Assembly (NCBI GenBank): GCA_040954595.2
Contig: CM082579.2
Coordinates: forward strand, 6,871,625 to 6,935,624
Source: Balanoglossus misakiensis
Lineage: Eukaryota; Animalia; Hemichordata
Length of the DNA: 64,000 nt
Reading direction: 5' to 3'
Position 1 is the first letter of the stretch. Each line of letters starts with the position of its first letter. The notes under the pieces are model-generated. The model saw only the letters and a list, made by a program, of their open reading frames with translations, was not told where the DNA came from and did no database searches. Shown here in pieces: positions 44,878 through 58,500 of this stretch. The position numbers were made by a program, and so were the translations under genes.

Positions 44878-44896
44878 TGTGCCCTCTAGTGGCAGG
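44878..44896 (-). promoter_or_regulatory. Candidate CTCF binding site
   Basis: The minus strand reads CTGCCACTAGAGGGCACA, a close match to the CTCF core CCASYAGRKGGCRC. Motif evidence only. Confidence 0.5.
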
Positions 44897-47800
44897 GAAA
44901 GTAAGTTACCACCTCTGTATTGATTGATAAATCAGCCAATCAGAAGTGGTTTAGCATAGAGTAGCACTGTTTCCGTGACACGTGTTGGTCATGCAACTAT
45001 CGAGCGTTGTTGTCCCACAACAAAATCAACAAATAGAGATATCGAAATACTATGGATATGGTATATCCAACTTCGCATTAACGTTTTTCAGCGTTTTTCT
45101 CTGGAAATGTCTGACCAAAGTCCCTTCGAAATCCTCTCAAAATCTACCCAGTGACTCCTGGGATAAATGGGCCACAGTCTTACGTTTAAACAGGTGTGTG
45201 TATGTACACCTGAAATAACAAACCATTCTCAGTAAAAAGTTTGTGAAATCCTATCCGAAGATAATCGGCCCGTAACCAGCAAAGCAGACATGACAAAATC
45301 GGTGCGACGTTGCTCATTCCACAGTCTCTTACCAGTGCTGCTGCAGGCCTATAGGCCTACACATTGTAGAAGAGTAACCCACCCAGACTGTCATCGTTCA
45401 AGTGCCTACCGTGTGCTGATTTATCTAGATAAAATGAAATGCGATCCAGTTGCTTGAGTCCGAAGCCTAAAAGCCAAGAAAACGATTTCAATTCGTAGGT
45501 AGCAAGTAAATTACAGTATCATAGTTTCAGGTTTCAGTAAATTACGGCCTTCGAGTATTATCGCACAAAAGCAAAGATCACGAGAGTGGACTCTAGGGTC
45601 AAAGGTCAACCGAGAACTTTTCATGGCCATCACATCGCATCAACCTATCAGTGCCTAAAACTCAAAACCTGGAATGGGTGAGATGCTATCCACGTACAGA
45701 AAAGGCAGAGAATCAACGATGCTCCTGCCGATAAGCCGATTAAAAGGTCTTACAGCACAGCAATGCACTTTACGCAATCTTGAAAGGGTTTCTAAAGTGC
45801 CGGTACTTTGCTCACGGGAAACTTTTTTAGATGTTTGGCATTTCGACTCATTGCGACTAGTCAGCCATTTGCTTTGTGCGCTTAATCGTTGTTCGGCTGA
45901 GTTCATGTCGAGAAGAATTGATGCACAGCGGAAAATCGGATTGTGAGTAATCGGGCGAAAATTCATTACGTCGGCCTTTGAATACCCGTTTTTCTGCCCC
46001 TAGGATTCAGCGAATCCCAAGAAATACCACTCGACCTTCCGATGAAAGACAGAGAGAATGTGCTCGCATAGCCGACTGTAAACAAGTAATGTCGGGCTAG
46101 AGGAAAATTAGCGACAGAGATCATACTGTTGAGGGCAAGATCACCCGAGAAGCGGCGTGACAACCGACAGCTGCGAGTGGCAAACTTCTTAAGCCTGGTT
46201 AAAATAAACAGCTGCCCTAGGACCGGCTGAAATTACCAATGACCAAGAAGCGCCTTATTAGGGTCAAGGTCAAGACGAAGAAAGCACAAACTGGTTTATT
46301 TTATCCCTGGTAATGTAGTGAGTTGCAGAGATTTGAGACAAAGCCATCACGGTCTTTTCGATCGTAACCCCCTGCCTAATCGCCATGCTTCGTTGATAAA
46401 AAAAAAGATAGACATGGGCCGGAAACTAAGTCACGTGTAGTCGCTCGGAAACCGTTAAACGTTTTTATCCGGTAATTAAATGACGTCACGCGTGTGGCTG
46501 TGGTACATAAGTAGAAAACCTAATAAATACTTTTAAACGTTATTGATATTTTATAACTTTCCCAGCGCAATAGACGAACAGGTGCGACGGCACACGTTCT
46601 GCCGTAGAGGGCACGGATGAGGGAATGGGTTGTAATAAATGTTTCCTACCCTGAAAATCAATGACACTGAAACGGGATCCTGCGGGAAAAGTGCAATTGT
46701 ATAAAAACGGTGTTGTTGAGACATTTCAGAACAGGGCGATTTTATGCTCGGCAAAATTCACACTGCAGCAGCTGCTACGCATTACAAGCCTAACTCACTC
46801 ACATGTTTAACACCTCTTGTTTATATTTGCGGCGATTGAAAGGAATTCAAACATTCATTGGAAAATCATTAATATCTTGACATTTGATCGCACGAGACAT
46901 TCCATCGGGGGGAGTTTTTGATTTTGTTATAATATAGAGTTACTGGATGTTTCACGGCCATGTTTATATTCTTTGTATAAATACGGCATACATTCTCGGC
47001 GTGCTGTCTACAAAGGTCAAGTTGTTGTCAGTTTGGACTAATTTTAACGGTATTCGTGTTGCGTGTGTACCGTAATTGGAAAGTACAGCTGTGAACACGA
47101 CCGATGGGAACACGATATTCAATGTCATACTTCAACTGCCTCGGTTTCGGGCATGATGCGGTTGTCAATAAAGACTGTCGTGTCGTTTCACCCTTGACAC
47201 AGCAATGATTTTGTTCGATCACAGAAAACTTTTACCCCTTAGTCGGTTTTCAAATCGCTAATTGCCATACTGCCACCACGTATACCTATACGAAGTCAAT
47301 TGACTTGTATAACTCAGGAACACGATTTCTGGGTAAGGTATGATTGATAGACTGAATGCTGTGAAGGCGACATGTTTACTTGCACATATATCGCCAACGA
47401 GGTTTTACTACCACGCTTGGCTCGATGTCGGCTGTCTTCGCCGTCGAACAGTTATATATCACGCACCAATATTGCCAGACTCGAAATTTTCGGGACGTGC
47501 GTTGATTGGTTGGTACCGACCGCGCCGCCAGGTTGTTCCGTTTCCACATCGACAGATGTTCAAATAGTTTAGCACCGACAAGGCAAGTGACGCGAATAGT
47601 GTGAAGGTATGGCAACTGAGGGAATCTGGTGATAATTAGAAAAAAAAAACGCCATCCCTTCTATGTTAATCTGCAGAGAAAGCGTCATCATGAAGAACAC
47701 CATGCTCGCCGACTGGAGATTTTGCATCATTCTTGCCGACAGCTGTCGTGAGCTCCCGTAATCTCCGTTGACCTCCGCTTTCTGTACAAGTTGCAGTCTA

Positions 47801-50800
47801 CGCATTGAGCGTCCACATTTTCGGCCACTTAAAGATAACCCTGCGGGCACGTTTTTGAAAGCATCTCCAAGCTGTGCCAAGACTACTGATAGAGTAATTA
47901 CTGCATGCACTGTGTGTCGACCGACGACAGTTGCGGTCTGTGACCGCAAAAAAAAAACGATCACCGCCGTACATGTCACTACGGATCCATCCTGACTCCT
48001 TGCAATGGTACTTGCTGTCTGGGGTTCAAATCTGACATTGATTAGGGCAACCGGGTGGACTCTCATAGCTACAGCTATAGTTGTAATTATGTTGTTGAGA
48101 CTTGAGTAGAACTGTGCAGATGACTGCGAGCTATAAAAGAAGTTACACGTAGGCCCTCGCCACTTTTTAAGTGATGCTAATAACACAGACAACCTTCTTG
48201 GTTTATCAGGGTGGAATAAACACTGCTCCAATTGCAGTGATATACGTATACATGCTTAATCTGTCGCAGCATAAGCCTTTCCCGGCAAATGGCACGCTTC
48301 TAGGTCGCTAGAAAATATAGCACGTGGCCTTGCCAAAGACATCCGTGCCTTTGAGATAGTACAGGCTACGTATACAGTGAAATAATGTACAGATTACGAG
48401 GCATCCGATCCTCAAAATTGATGAGACAGTGACACTTTGTGCAGTTTGATGAAGAACCGTATCTCAACCATTACGCTTGTAACTTCCGAAAGTGCTTGCT
48501 GTAAACCAGCTTCCACACATGGTGCGACGGCTATATTGCACTGATAAGTTACCAATAGTTTACTCATGTCCCGCCACAGGCTTGGGGACATCACAGGTCA
48601 CGTGGACCAAGAATTACATAAACGCTCGTTCGTTGATGATCTGGTGCCACCTGTCGTGGTCGTTCACCGGTCGACGCCGTCTCCTTTCGACATACCTTGG
48701 TTGTAAACGTTAATTTAAGAGTAAATCTTGGGCTAATGTGTCCCGCGAGTTGTTTCCATCACTTGACTTAATCATCACCACAAACACTTCGTGCCCTCCT
48801 TCGTAACCTGTAATTCATTATCTATACTTACGCTGTGAGGAAATTTATGTTTTGCCCGTTGTGTACTTAAAGGGAAAGTCCGTAGTGTGTCACGTAAGGT
48901 GATTGACTTGAACGACGTCATAGTCAAGATCACGTGGTGACCTCGTTGCATCGCATTTTGACTTCTATTGACATGAACAATTTCAGAAACGACGACAGTA
49001 GACTGCGTTTCCAGACCCTGTGTGTTAGTCTATCTAAAACACACTGGGATTTGGATATCAGACTATCCCTTTACGTATGTCACAAATATGAAGGCGGTAT
49101 ACGTGAGAATGTCCTATACATACATGGCAATGAATCATTCATCTTGCAGACTGAGTCTTTCTGTACAGCTGCGGCTACAGTTGGAATGTACCGAGGATCG
49201 AATGTCCGCCACTGATAGCGCTTTAATTTGCAACTAATAAATACCAATAAAAGCCCGTGTTTCCAATAAATATGAGCTTATAGCCCGCGAAAACATCTGG
49301 TTCGCTTAGTAGCGGCGATTTAACAGTGCCTCGCCGTCAGCGAACTCGAGTTTGATCCGGCAACAATTACTGTGAACATTCTAGCAATTCGTGATCTCAG
49401 TGAGTAATATAATAAGTAAATAAATAAATAAATAAATAAATTTACAGTTACGTACAGTTGGCCTTCTGTTTCGCAATAAACAGTTCTGTGCACAGATAAA
49501 GGGTAAATAATTTATATCAACAGAAATGCCCATGTCCGCAAATATGGGTCTTCATGATCAATTTTCTTGGTGGCAGCCCGCAAATTAGACTACAGTGCAT
49601 TGAACACGGTGCAGTATCATCTCCCGGACTCCTCCAGCCCGCGCTGTCAAGTTCAAAACGCGTTTAATTTGCTACACTTGCCTCTATTCTAGTGTCACTC
49701 GTCATCTATCAAGAGAACGCTGTCCATTTGGCAATTCATGTCACATGTCAGTCCCAGTTGCACCCTTGCCCTGCGAAGTACGTTAAACTTTATCAAAATG
49801 TATCGCGTGTCTGGATCTGTCAGCGTATACCGTTCCACACTCTATCCTCCCTCGACATTTCAATCAATTTGTTTCTTGCTGGACTCGAGTTACTTCACCA
49901 ACACCAAAAATCTATAGACAAAATGAGATTGTCATCCGATTTCCCGGCTTCAATTACTTCCCTGAGGCTCAAAACCGATTCAAACAGAAACTCTACCGCG
50001 GATGTCAAGGCGATTGCAAAGACCAGTTTATTCAACCAAAATGATTGAGTCCAATCGACCGCAAAAGTCTGTCCTTTGACTTCTTCAAACATGGCGACCA
50101 ATCTCTTCAAATTAATTCTATGTGCATGCTTGATTTTTCAGATTTAAATCATTTGAAAGTACACTTGAAAACATTCATAAAAGTGAATGTTTCTGTGTAA
50201 GCGATGTGGATGTTTTTCTCTTTTTTCTCTGAATAATTTTGATTGATGCATTCACCTTGTGTTTGAAACAAATCGGGGTATATTATCTCTTTAGTTTTGC
50301 CCTGGTGTGCCCGTGGGATAGAGTTTGTTTACAGGATGCATTTACACGGCCATAGCCGAAGAATCCACGGGGAAATTTTTACAGAAGCGCGTCTACTGTG
50401 CGTACATCAACACAAAGTCCCTTGGCAGTCTTGATCTGCCCTTCAATGAATACGGGAGTCTGTCCGAGGAAATTGGAGAATGGCGTATGTGCATGTATGT
50501 GACCTGAAGTTTGACCTCCCCTTTGCCTTAGGCAGGCCGACCAGATATAGCTTCCCCATTCCCCGGTAACCCCCTCCCTTCTCAGTAAATATTGGAAGCT
50601 CCCTGAATGATGAAATTAAATGATGGTTTCTCTGTCGAATCACAGTTAACCACGTAGTCGTATGAGGCAAAGATTACCTTATTAGTCTACGAGTCCAAAC
50701 TCTTCGTTTGTTCAGTGCATGTTATATGAATATAGTTTCTTTTGACAGTTATAGTTTACCATAATATTATATTATGGCAACAAGCTTGTTTTTCCCCGCT

Positions 50801-52549
50801 AAATGCAGAGACGTTGGTCTTTTCTCTATTGTATTTGCCTCTCCCGTCCCATTCTGTAGGATGAACTGACCTGAACTGAACATGAATGAAAGTAAAGGAA
50901 CAGTCTGCTTGACAGTCGAAAGGCATCCCACAATAATAGTTCAAATGGTATTTTTAGCATTGACAAAAACCATTCACCATTGCCATTGTGATCACGCCAA
51001 AGAACCTTTCAGCTGCGCGACTTGCGGCTCCATTCATCGACATTTCCCGATCATTAGCGACGGCTAAACCCCCATCGCGAATTATAGAAAAGTCATTGAT
51101 TCCCAAATACATTTTCGGTGAAGGGTGTCTGTCAAAAGTGCGCAAGGCCAATGGAAGCATTCAAATCGTGTTTTTGCTTCGACCATCAACTATTGATTTT
51201 CGCGAGCCAGAGCGATATTTGAACAGCTCCACGGACCAACTTGAACGCGCCTTCGCTGTTGCCGCAAACGGGTCTGTGGTCCACCTGGATGAGAACACCA
51301 GGCTGTAATTGGCTGCTGGGCAAACGTCTTGACTCGAGGACTATAGTTTAACACCGACCCTCTTAAATCAACCTGACGGAAATGACCAAATAGCATAATC
51401 AAAACCAAAGAGGACAAGTCTGGTTCTCTCGGTGTAAGTTGCATAAATATTGATTTAATCTCCTCGTTCGGCTTGCCAATCAGTCGTCGGGGTAAAATGA
51501 TGAAATGACTGTTGACAATAATGCTAAAATCGTCCGCCTGTCCACAAATTACCATCGTCCATGACACGACTGATTACGTCATATTCTCTGCCGTCTCGTG
51601 TCCTGCAGCGCTTGGTTGACGCCCAGACTCGGGTCCTTTGTCGTATACCGTGAAGACAGCACACACAGTTGTAAACGTTGAAACCCTATGCTCGCCCTCG
51701 TTAGGGTGAAGATTACGGCCTCGTTTAGGAAGCAATAATTCACACATTTCACAAGCCACGTTTGGTCCAACCGCGTCAGTTTATATGAACTTTTGCACAG
51801 AGTAAGTGTGGCTTTGGTGCGTTCTCCACACACTTTAAACCCTGAGAGCATGCAATACGTTGGCAGGACAACGACAGATTTACTCCAGGTAGTTTGGTGG
51901 CATATTACCCCCTTATATATATATTTCCAGGCAGCGAAGTCTAAATATACTTAAAATCAGTTAGTTGAGAGGCAACGGTTAGTCTAGTTAGTCTATGGCC
52001 TCAAAGTGACCGCTATCTTGATTTATTCTGAAGTGCACGTTTGCACTCACAGCGAACAACAAAACTTCACAAAGCAATGATCTGTAAATGAACCGGGGAG
52101 AAGAGGGCGCTCTCTTTGATTACATGTGCTGCTGCTGCTGCTGCTGCAGGCAGATTGTCTCAGAATATTGTTCTCTCTCCCACAGAGCATTGGACTCCAC
52201 TGCAGGAAGGACGGATATCCTTATTTCGGAAAAAATATCGCACCGCAGCCGACCATTCCGTGTTGTGAAACATCCTTGCTGGAACATGTACGCAGGGCTA
52301 ATGCAAAGCGTCCCGCTGCGATGATCTCCCCAGTTGGCTGTTTACCACGTCAGCGGCTTTGAACTGCTTAGTGCGTGAACTTCACACGCGTCGTTGTTTG
52401 GCCATGTCAACACGGCACTAGTTGTACCTGCTGCACTTTGAAGTCGGCCGGCGGTTTGACACCTTCAGCTTCTATGGCGGCGACCGTAGCAGTAATATGA
52501 TAATATCTCCGAGCCGGTTAACTCGTGCTATCAAGCGCTGTTATACGTG

Positions 52550-55500
52550 ATGAGCTCGATTCGAAAGCTCTGCTCCGCATTCGCAGCTGTGGCGATCACC
52601 TCGGCGTTTCTGGTCAGCTGCCAACTCTTCACGGCGGTCAGCGATCTGGAGGAGTCGGTCAAAGTGGAGCTGCGACTCGTCCACGTTCTCCGGGAGTACA
52701 TCGCCGCCGAGGAGCGGAGACTCGAACAACTTCAACGGTAGGTGACCCGGAAAAATACGCCTGCCTTGCCACTTTTGCGGGGCGGATGACTATCGGGGGC
52801 TTAATCTTTAATTGAATGAATTCGAGCATACCATCTTGGGAATGTTAAACGAATCAATTGTTTGCCAAATATTAGCATGATACTCGCCGGTTTGCTATCG
52901 CTCATCACAGAAACAGAGTGCGATCACCATTACCATAATCTTTGATGGGTTTTATTGCCACTTTGATATTCAAAATGTTTCGTGCTCTCTTCTTCGTCAC
53001 CTAAAATTACGTCTTCAAGGATAAGATTAGAACAGTTTACAAAAGACAAGTCTGGCAGCATCAGAAATCAGAGAAAATCCTCGTCGCATGAAGCACTTTT
53101 TAAGAAACTCTGACTGTTCCAGATCAGAGTCGTTTGCTGGAACTCTAACAAAAGTAAGGAATTAAATACGGCCCAACGCTATGTCTTTAAACTTCTGTAC
53201 AGTAGCAAGCAAATGAAAGAATACCCTGATTACCATCACACAAGATTATTTCCATTGGTTTTTGTTTGTTAATGCTTTTTCGGTACAAAGCGGGTTTTGT
53301 TACATAACGGTCAACCTTGCTTACGAGAGCTTGAGACGGTAAGCCACTCAATACCAAGGCTGTTTTAATCAGGCCTCCGACGCCGTCGTTCATAAAACAA
53401 ACAGCGATATACACCGCCGTTGGTGATTTGGCGCCCCTCCCTCCCCAGCGAAGAATATCGTTTCACCTATCTCGCACCCGGACAAGGATTTGCCGTTAAT
53501 GCAAACACAAAAAGATTACTAGGACCGAGTAGCGAAGGCAGTTTTTAGGGAGTGGTCATCAACTGTAAAGAGGCGGGGTGTAGGAACCGCATAGTGATTC
53601 TTCTAAAGTCCCACAACCCCCACCCCAATATCTGTAAAACGTGACTTCTCCGGATAGCAAATTTGTAAGCGACTGTTCATGTAACATAGCTGTTACTTTT
53701 GCATATTTTTGTGTGCCTTGTTTTCCGCCTTATGTGGTTCTCTAACTTGTTCAAGTTTGCAGTATTCCATTTGTCACATTAGCGTGTATGTAGATAGCAT
53801 GGGGGTAAGGCCTATAACATTTTTGCGGCCCACCCGACCGTACAATTAATGAGAGGTCCCTTAGAGTTGACATTCCGGTAATCTTATCTTTTGCCGTTGA
53901 CCACTGATATGAAATGAACCCCGACTTGACCCTAACGGGGCAATATCATGTTGTCAGAAATATGTCAAGCCGACAGAAAAATTTATTACGTGTGATATAG
54001 TGTGTTTCGACAAATAAGGGTCAATTTTGTAACTCAGTGCGATGCGTCTCCCACTGCAAGGTCAGTAAATCGTGTGTGTGAAATCTCGATAACTGGATGA
54101 CGATAGCTTTAGGACAATCTCTCTTGGCAAATATGTGATAGACACTGAAGTGGTGGAATGTGTTCTTCTGTTGACCTTCGAGGCTTTTAATTCACAATCT
54201 GTTTTGGATCTTTCACAAACCAATGACTGTGGGCTAATCAAAGAAAGATCATTACAAAACATCCGTGATAGTCCTGCCTGAGCGGGCAGCAGTACTGTTC
54301 AATGGGTTGCTTTGTACTGATTCGAATAGACATGATTGATCATGGACTAAAAGTACGTTTGTGACCGCTATGTATGTAATCACTGTGTATGTCTGTCTGT
54401 GTATGTCTGTCTGTGTGTATGCATGTATTGCATGTATGTATGTATGCATGTGTGTATGTGTGTATGTCCGTGCGTCCGTCTGTCTGCCTGTCCGTCTACC
54501 GGGTATTCAACAAATTTACCAAAGGCAGCAGGAGTACATGAACATGTACATTTTTAAACGGTTTCATCAGTGGGGCCTGAACAACCAACTCAGGACGAAA
54601 AGAAATAGGCAACGATGAACTCACATGAATTGTCTGAGATATAAATAGTTTAGACAGACCAGGCGATGGGGTTTACTTATCATCAAAATGTCAGACCAAC
54701 CATTTGCTGTGAATAAATCGTTGACATCTGTTCATGCAAGATCTAGTAAGGTCATACACCCGGTCTTGTCTAATATAAAGTATATTCGCCTGAGATCATC
54801 GACCGATTAGCACCGTAAATCATCTTCAATACCAGCGTTTTTGTGGTATTCGAAAAAAAAATCTTTTTATGGGATTAGCAACAATGAAGTTTGAAAAATG
54901 AAATTCTAATAAATATTGTCATCAATTTATTGGTATATTACGTGATGTGGATGCATTTACATATGTACATCTCTTTTTCCAGATTTGTTCAGACGATACC
55001 ACAATCATCCGGGACCCGTGGTGCATCCGGGGACTTGCTGGCCCACCCTGTTAGTGCTTTCCAGTTGGTCAAGAGAATGCACCTGGAATGGGATAAGATT
55101 AACAATACCACGAACGATTTCACAAATTACAGAGGTAAGTTGGCTAATATGTCGACAGATCTCACTGACCCTTAAGGTTAATATTCGACAGCAGTGAATA
55201 TGGTTAACAGGTTAAGTTTAGGTTTTCGAATGACCGTTTGGTGGCCATCCCGTGAAAGCTTATTTTCCATGGAAACCGTGACTAAATTTGCATAGGCCTA
55301 GGTCTCGATATCTGCGCTCAGTCTGCCTACTGGTTATACCACAAGACAGGCATAAAATTCCCGGTCGAGGAAAAGCCAGAGAAAGTATAAGCAGGCAATC
55401 CATAGATATGATGGTCGATACCATCGACAAAGTAAACGACGAGCATATGTCCGAAGTACCATGAAGGTACTGACCATTTGAGATGTTGCACAGTGGCCTA

Positions 55501-58500
55501 CGTTTGTTTCTGAGTTGTCTGCTGCTTCGAGATTCGATGTACACTCATCTGGTTTAAATTGACCTTGCTGTAAGTTTGTACCCCATATTGCTGTTTTCGT
55601 TCCCGTAGTCCTCAAAGCCAATTTATCCAAGTACCAAGAGCACATTCCAAGAGAATCGGACCTTCGAGGTGTAGCCAGGGCGCTGCTGCGACTGGAGGAT
55701 GTCTACCAGCTCGAACCGCAGACGATAGTGGACGGCCGGATTGGGGGCGTCAGCGGCGCCGCTCCGCTAAAACCCGAGGACTGTTTCGATCTGGGGAGGG
55801 CGGCGTACCTGACGGGTGACCAGTACCACGCCCAGATTTGGTTCAACCAGGCACTGGCACAGTTTAAGAAGGGAGGGGAAGTGGAGAACTCAGAGAGCAA
55901 GTTAAACGTTTCCAAAGTGTTGGATTATTTGGCGTTCTCACATTATAAGGTGTGTATACAGTGTATCAGCATCTGAGAATATTTCCACAGTTCGCTGCGA
56001 TTGCTCTTTGAAATGAAACCAGACCTCATAGTTGTCAATTCAGTTAAACATACAGACGATACAGACGTCATTTTAAAGCGCTGTCGCCTTGCACCTGGTT
56101 TCACCATCATCACGTGTTTTGGTTTATAATCGGCAGCAGCGCCGCAGTGGTGCCTTGTCGTCATTATACATCCGCGATACCCCATCCTTCGAGGTGTGAT
56201 GACGAAAAAGTAGCGCGCTTTTACGTCAAGTCTCTGCAGAAATCTAGTGTCGCCAGTCCCGGTGAAATAAACACCAGCTGGGATTCCGAAATTTAATTTG
56301 CCAGAGCACAAATTCTGTGGTAGTCACCGTGTTTTTACAAGAGAGAGGAATTCGTGGGGGTCTGTGGAAATTTTGTCAATTATCACCCAGTTAACAACGA
56401 GGCTGACAGCATCCCCGCCGTCTTTCGGTGACCTGTACTTTGAAATATACCAGGTCACACTTGTATTATATTATATCACCCCCCATGTAGCGAAAAGATT
56501 TGTTGTGCGTGAGTATATAGCACAGTGCCATTGACGTTATTTCGTTCTCCAAGACGCATTGAAGAATATGGCTGCGAATACGACAGATCCATCGTGTGGT
56601 GATGTCATTTACCCTGTGTAGTAAACCGTTTGGTGATATTTCCCCCAGAGCTATGAATAGACAGGGATGGGGTTGGCTATGCTTGACATGGGCTGTAACC
56701 GATGGGTATCATTTGAAAGTTGACAAGCCTGACTGAATCCATAGTTCACCGTTCAGCTCCAACCCTGAACAGACCGAAATTGTGAACGCATATTCCCGGA
56801 TGACAGAAAGTCACGCGTGTGTTTTATAGCGGACTGCGGTTGTAGTTAGGCATGGAAAGGTTAATCAAACAAAATTTAAGTATGTACACACGAATAGTTG
56901 TCGTTAAAGCAGATGGCTTTCCTGACCGTGATCACTTTGCCGTATTTGAAACCGCATAAAGTAAGTTCGAGGTCGGCAATAATCGTTGCCGAAGTCGACC
57001 GTCCTTTTAACTAGGTCATCTGCATCTTCGATCAGCCCCAGGCAATCATTACAGCCCCCACAGACGCCACTTAGATATTTTTTTTCGATATAATACGAAC
57101 GACATCATTTTGAGTTTGTGGCGATTCTAATACCCAGGCGCGTCTGCAACGGTAGTTTAAAAATTGTACTCTTACAAATGGGCGGCTGAATAAACTGGTG
57201 CGACACCTGTTTATTATCCAACGTGTCCACTTTTAATCGTACATTCACAATCAGAGTTGGATCATACGTTTGTGCATAGCCATCATAACAATCTAAGTGT
57301 TTTTTTAAAGTATGCAAAAAAGTGGCCGCTATATTGAGGTTTTGACAACGGCCAACCAAACAATATTGGGAGAAACGAAATCGCGTGCATTCAGGCCATG
57401 AAAGAACGCCTTTGTCGCGCCTGGTACTCGTCAAGTTGACGCAAGAAGGGCCTCTGGCAGACCTTGACCTGACCTTTGACACCAGTGTGTACTCTGTGCC
57501 GGCTTTTATAGTTCGTCCTTATTTCTTCCGTCAAATTTTATGTCCATGCGTACATGCAACACGACACGACGAAGTTAGATACTATTGCGAAAGTTATCTG
57601 AGTAACAAGCGGATTCGTGAAACCAGATGCCCACAATAGTCTGGCAGTACACGTTTCGCCGTCTTTTATTGATTTCGTCGTAAAAATGTTCTGCTTGTTA
57701 CAATCTAGAACACGTGACGACCAAGAGCTAACGATACATGGTGCTGCAACACTGACTTTCCCGCGATCGTACAGCATTAACACGGCCGCTCGACTGTTTC
57801 CATTTGGCGTGGCCTCCGCGATGCGGTATCTCTGAATTTCAAATTTATAGCATTTGCAGTTAAATCCAGACTTCTGTGTTACGTGGGTCTCGATGCGAAG
57901 GCAATAACTGCGAAGAAATTGTTGTTGATTAACTCCGATCGTGTACTGTGTCATTTCATGATAAATTGTTCGTTCACTGGTTAAATAAATGCTTCCGACT
58001 CTGTCAGTGTGTAAATCACAAAACTACATTTTCCAACTTCCTTACTGATATTGTGGTTGTCGAGTCGCGCGTTGCCAGATCAATTACTTGAATGCTACTT
58101 TCAGACTTGCTGTATACGCTAGACTATATTGCTTCCCATATAATCTTTATGGTTCCGCTTCTTCGTGTCCGAAGTTGGACTAGCAGATAGTATTTATACA
58201 CGTCCCCATCGACCGCAAGCTTGCATAGCGTTGAATGCTGGATTTCTTAAATCTATCTTCACACCTCGGCAATTAATTGGACGATAAGCATGATGCACTA
58301 AACACATGCAAATCACTTGTCTTGTACTCCTTCAGCAGCTGTCACATTTCTATAGCCACGTGAATCCAATTATTTCGCATTTATTAACGCGCTTATTTTT
58401 AGATAGCAAGAGAGGTCGCGTGTCAGTTTATATGTTCGCTGGACAACGGTGCACGGATAGTGTTAAAGTGGAACGTTGTGATCCGTTTTTGAGCCAATTC

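Noticed and set aside
47569-48231. 220-aa minus-strand ORF in the intergenic region (also 49895-50110 and 50988-51308)
   Set aside because: No recognisable domain, non-ATG starts and no consistent exon chain; probably chance ORFs.
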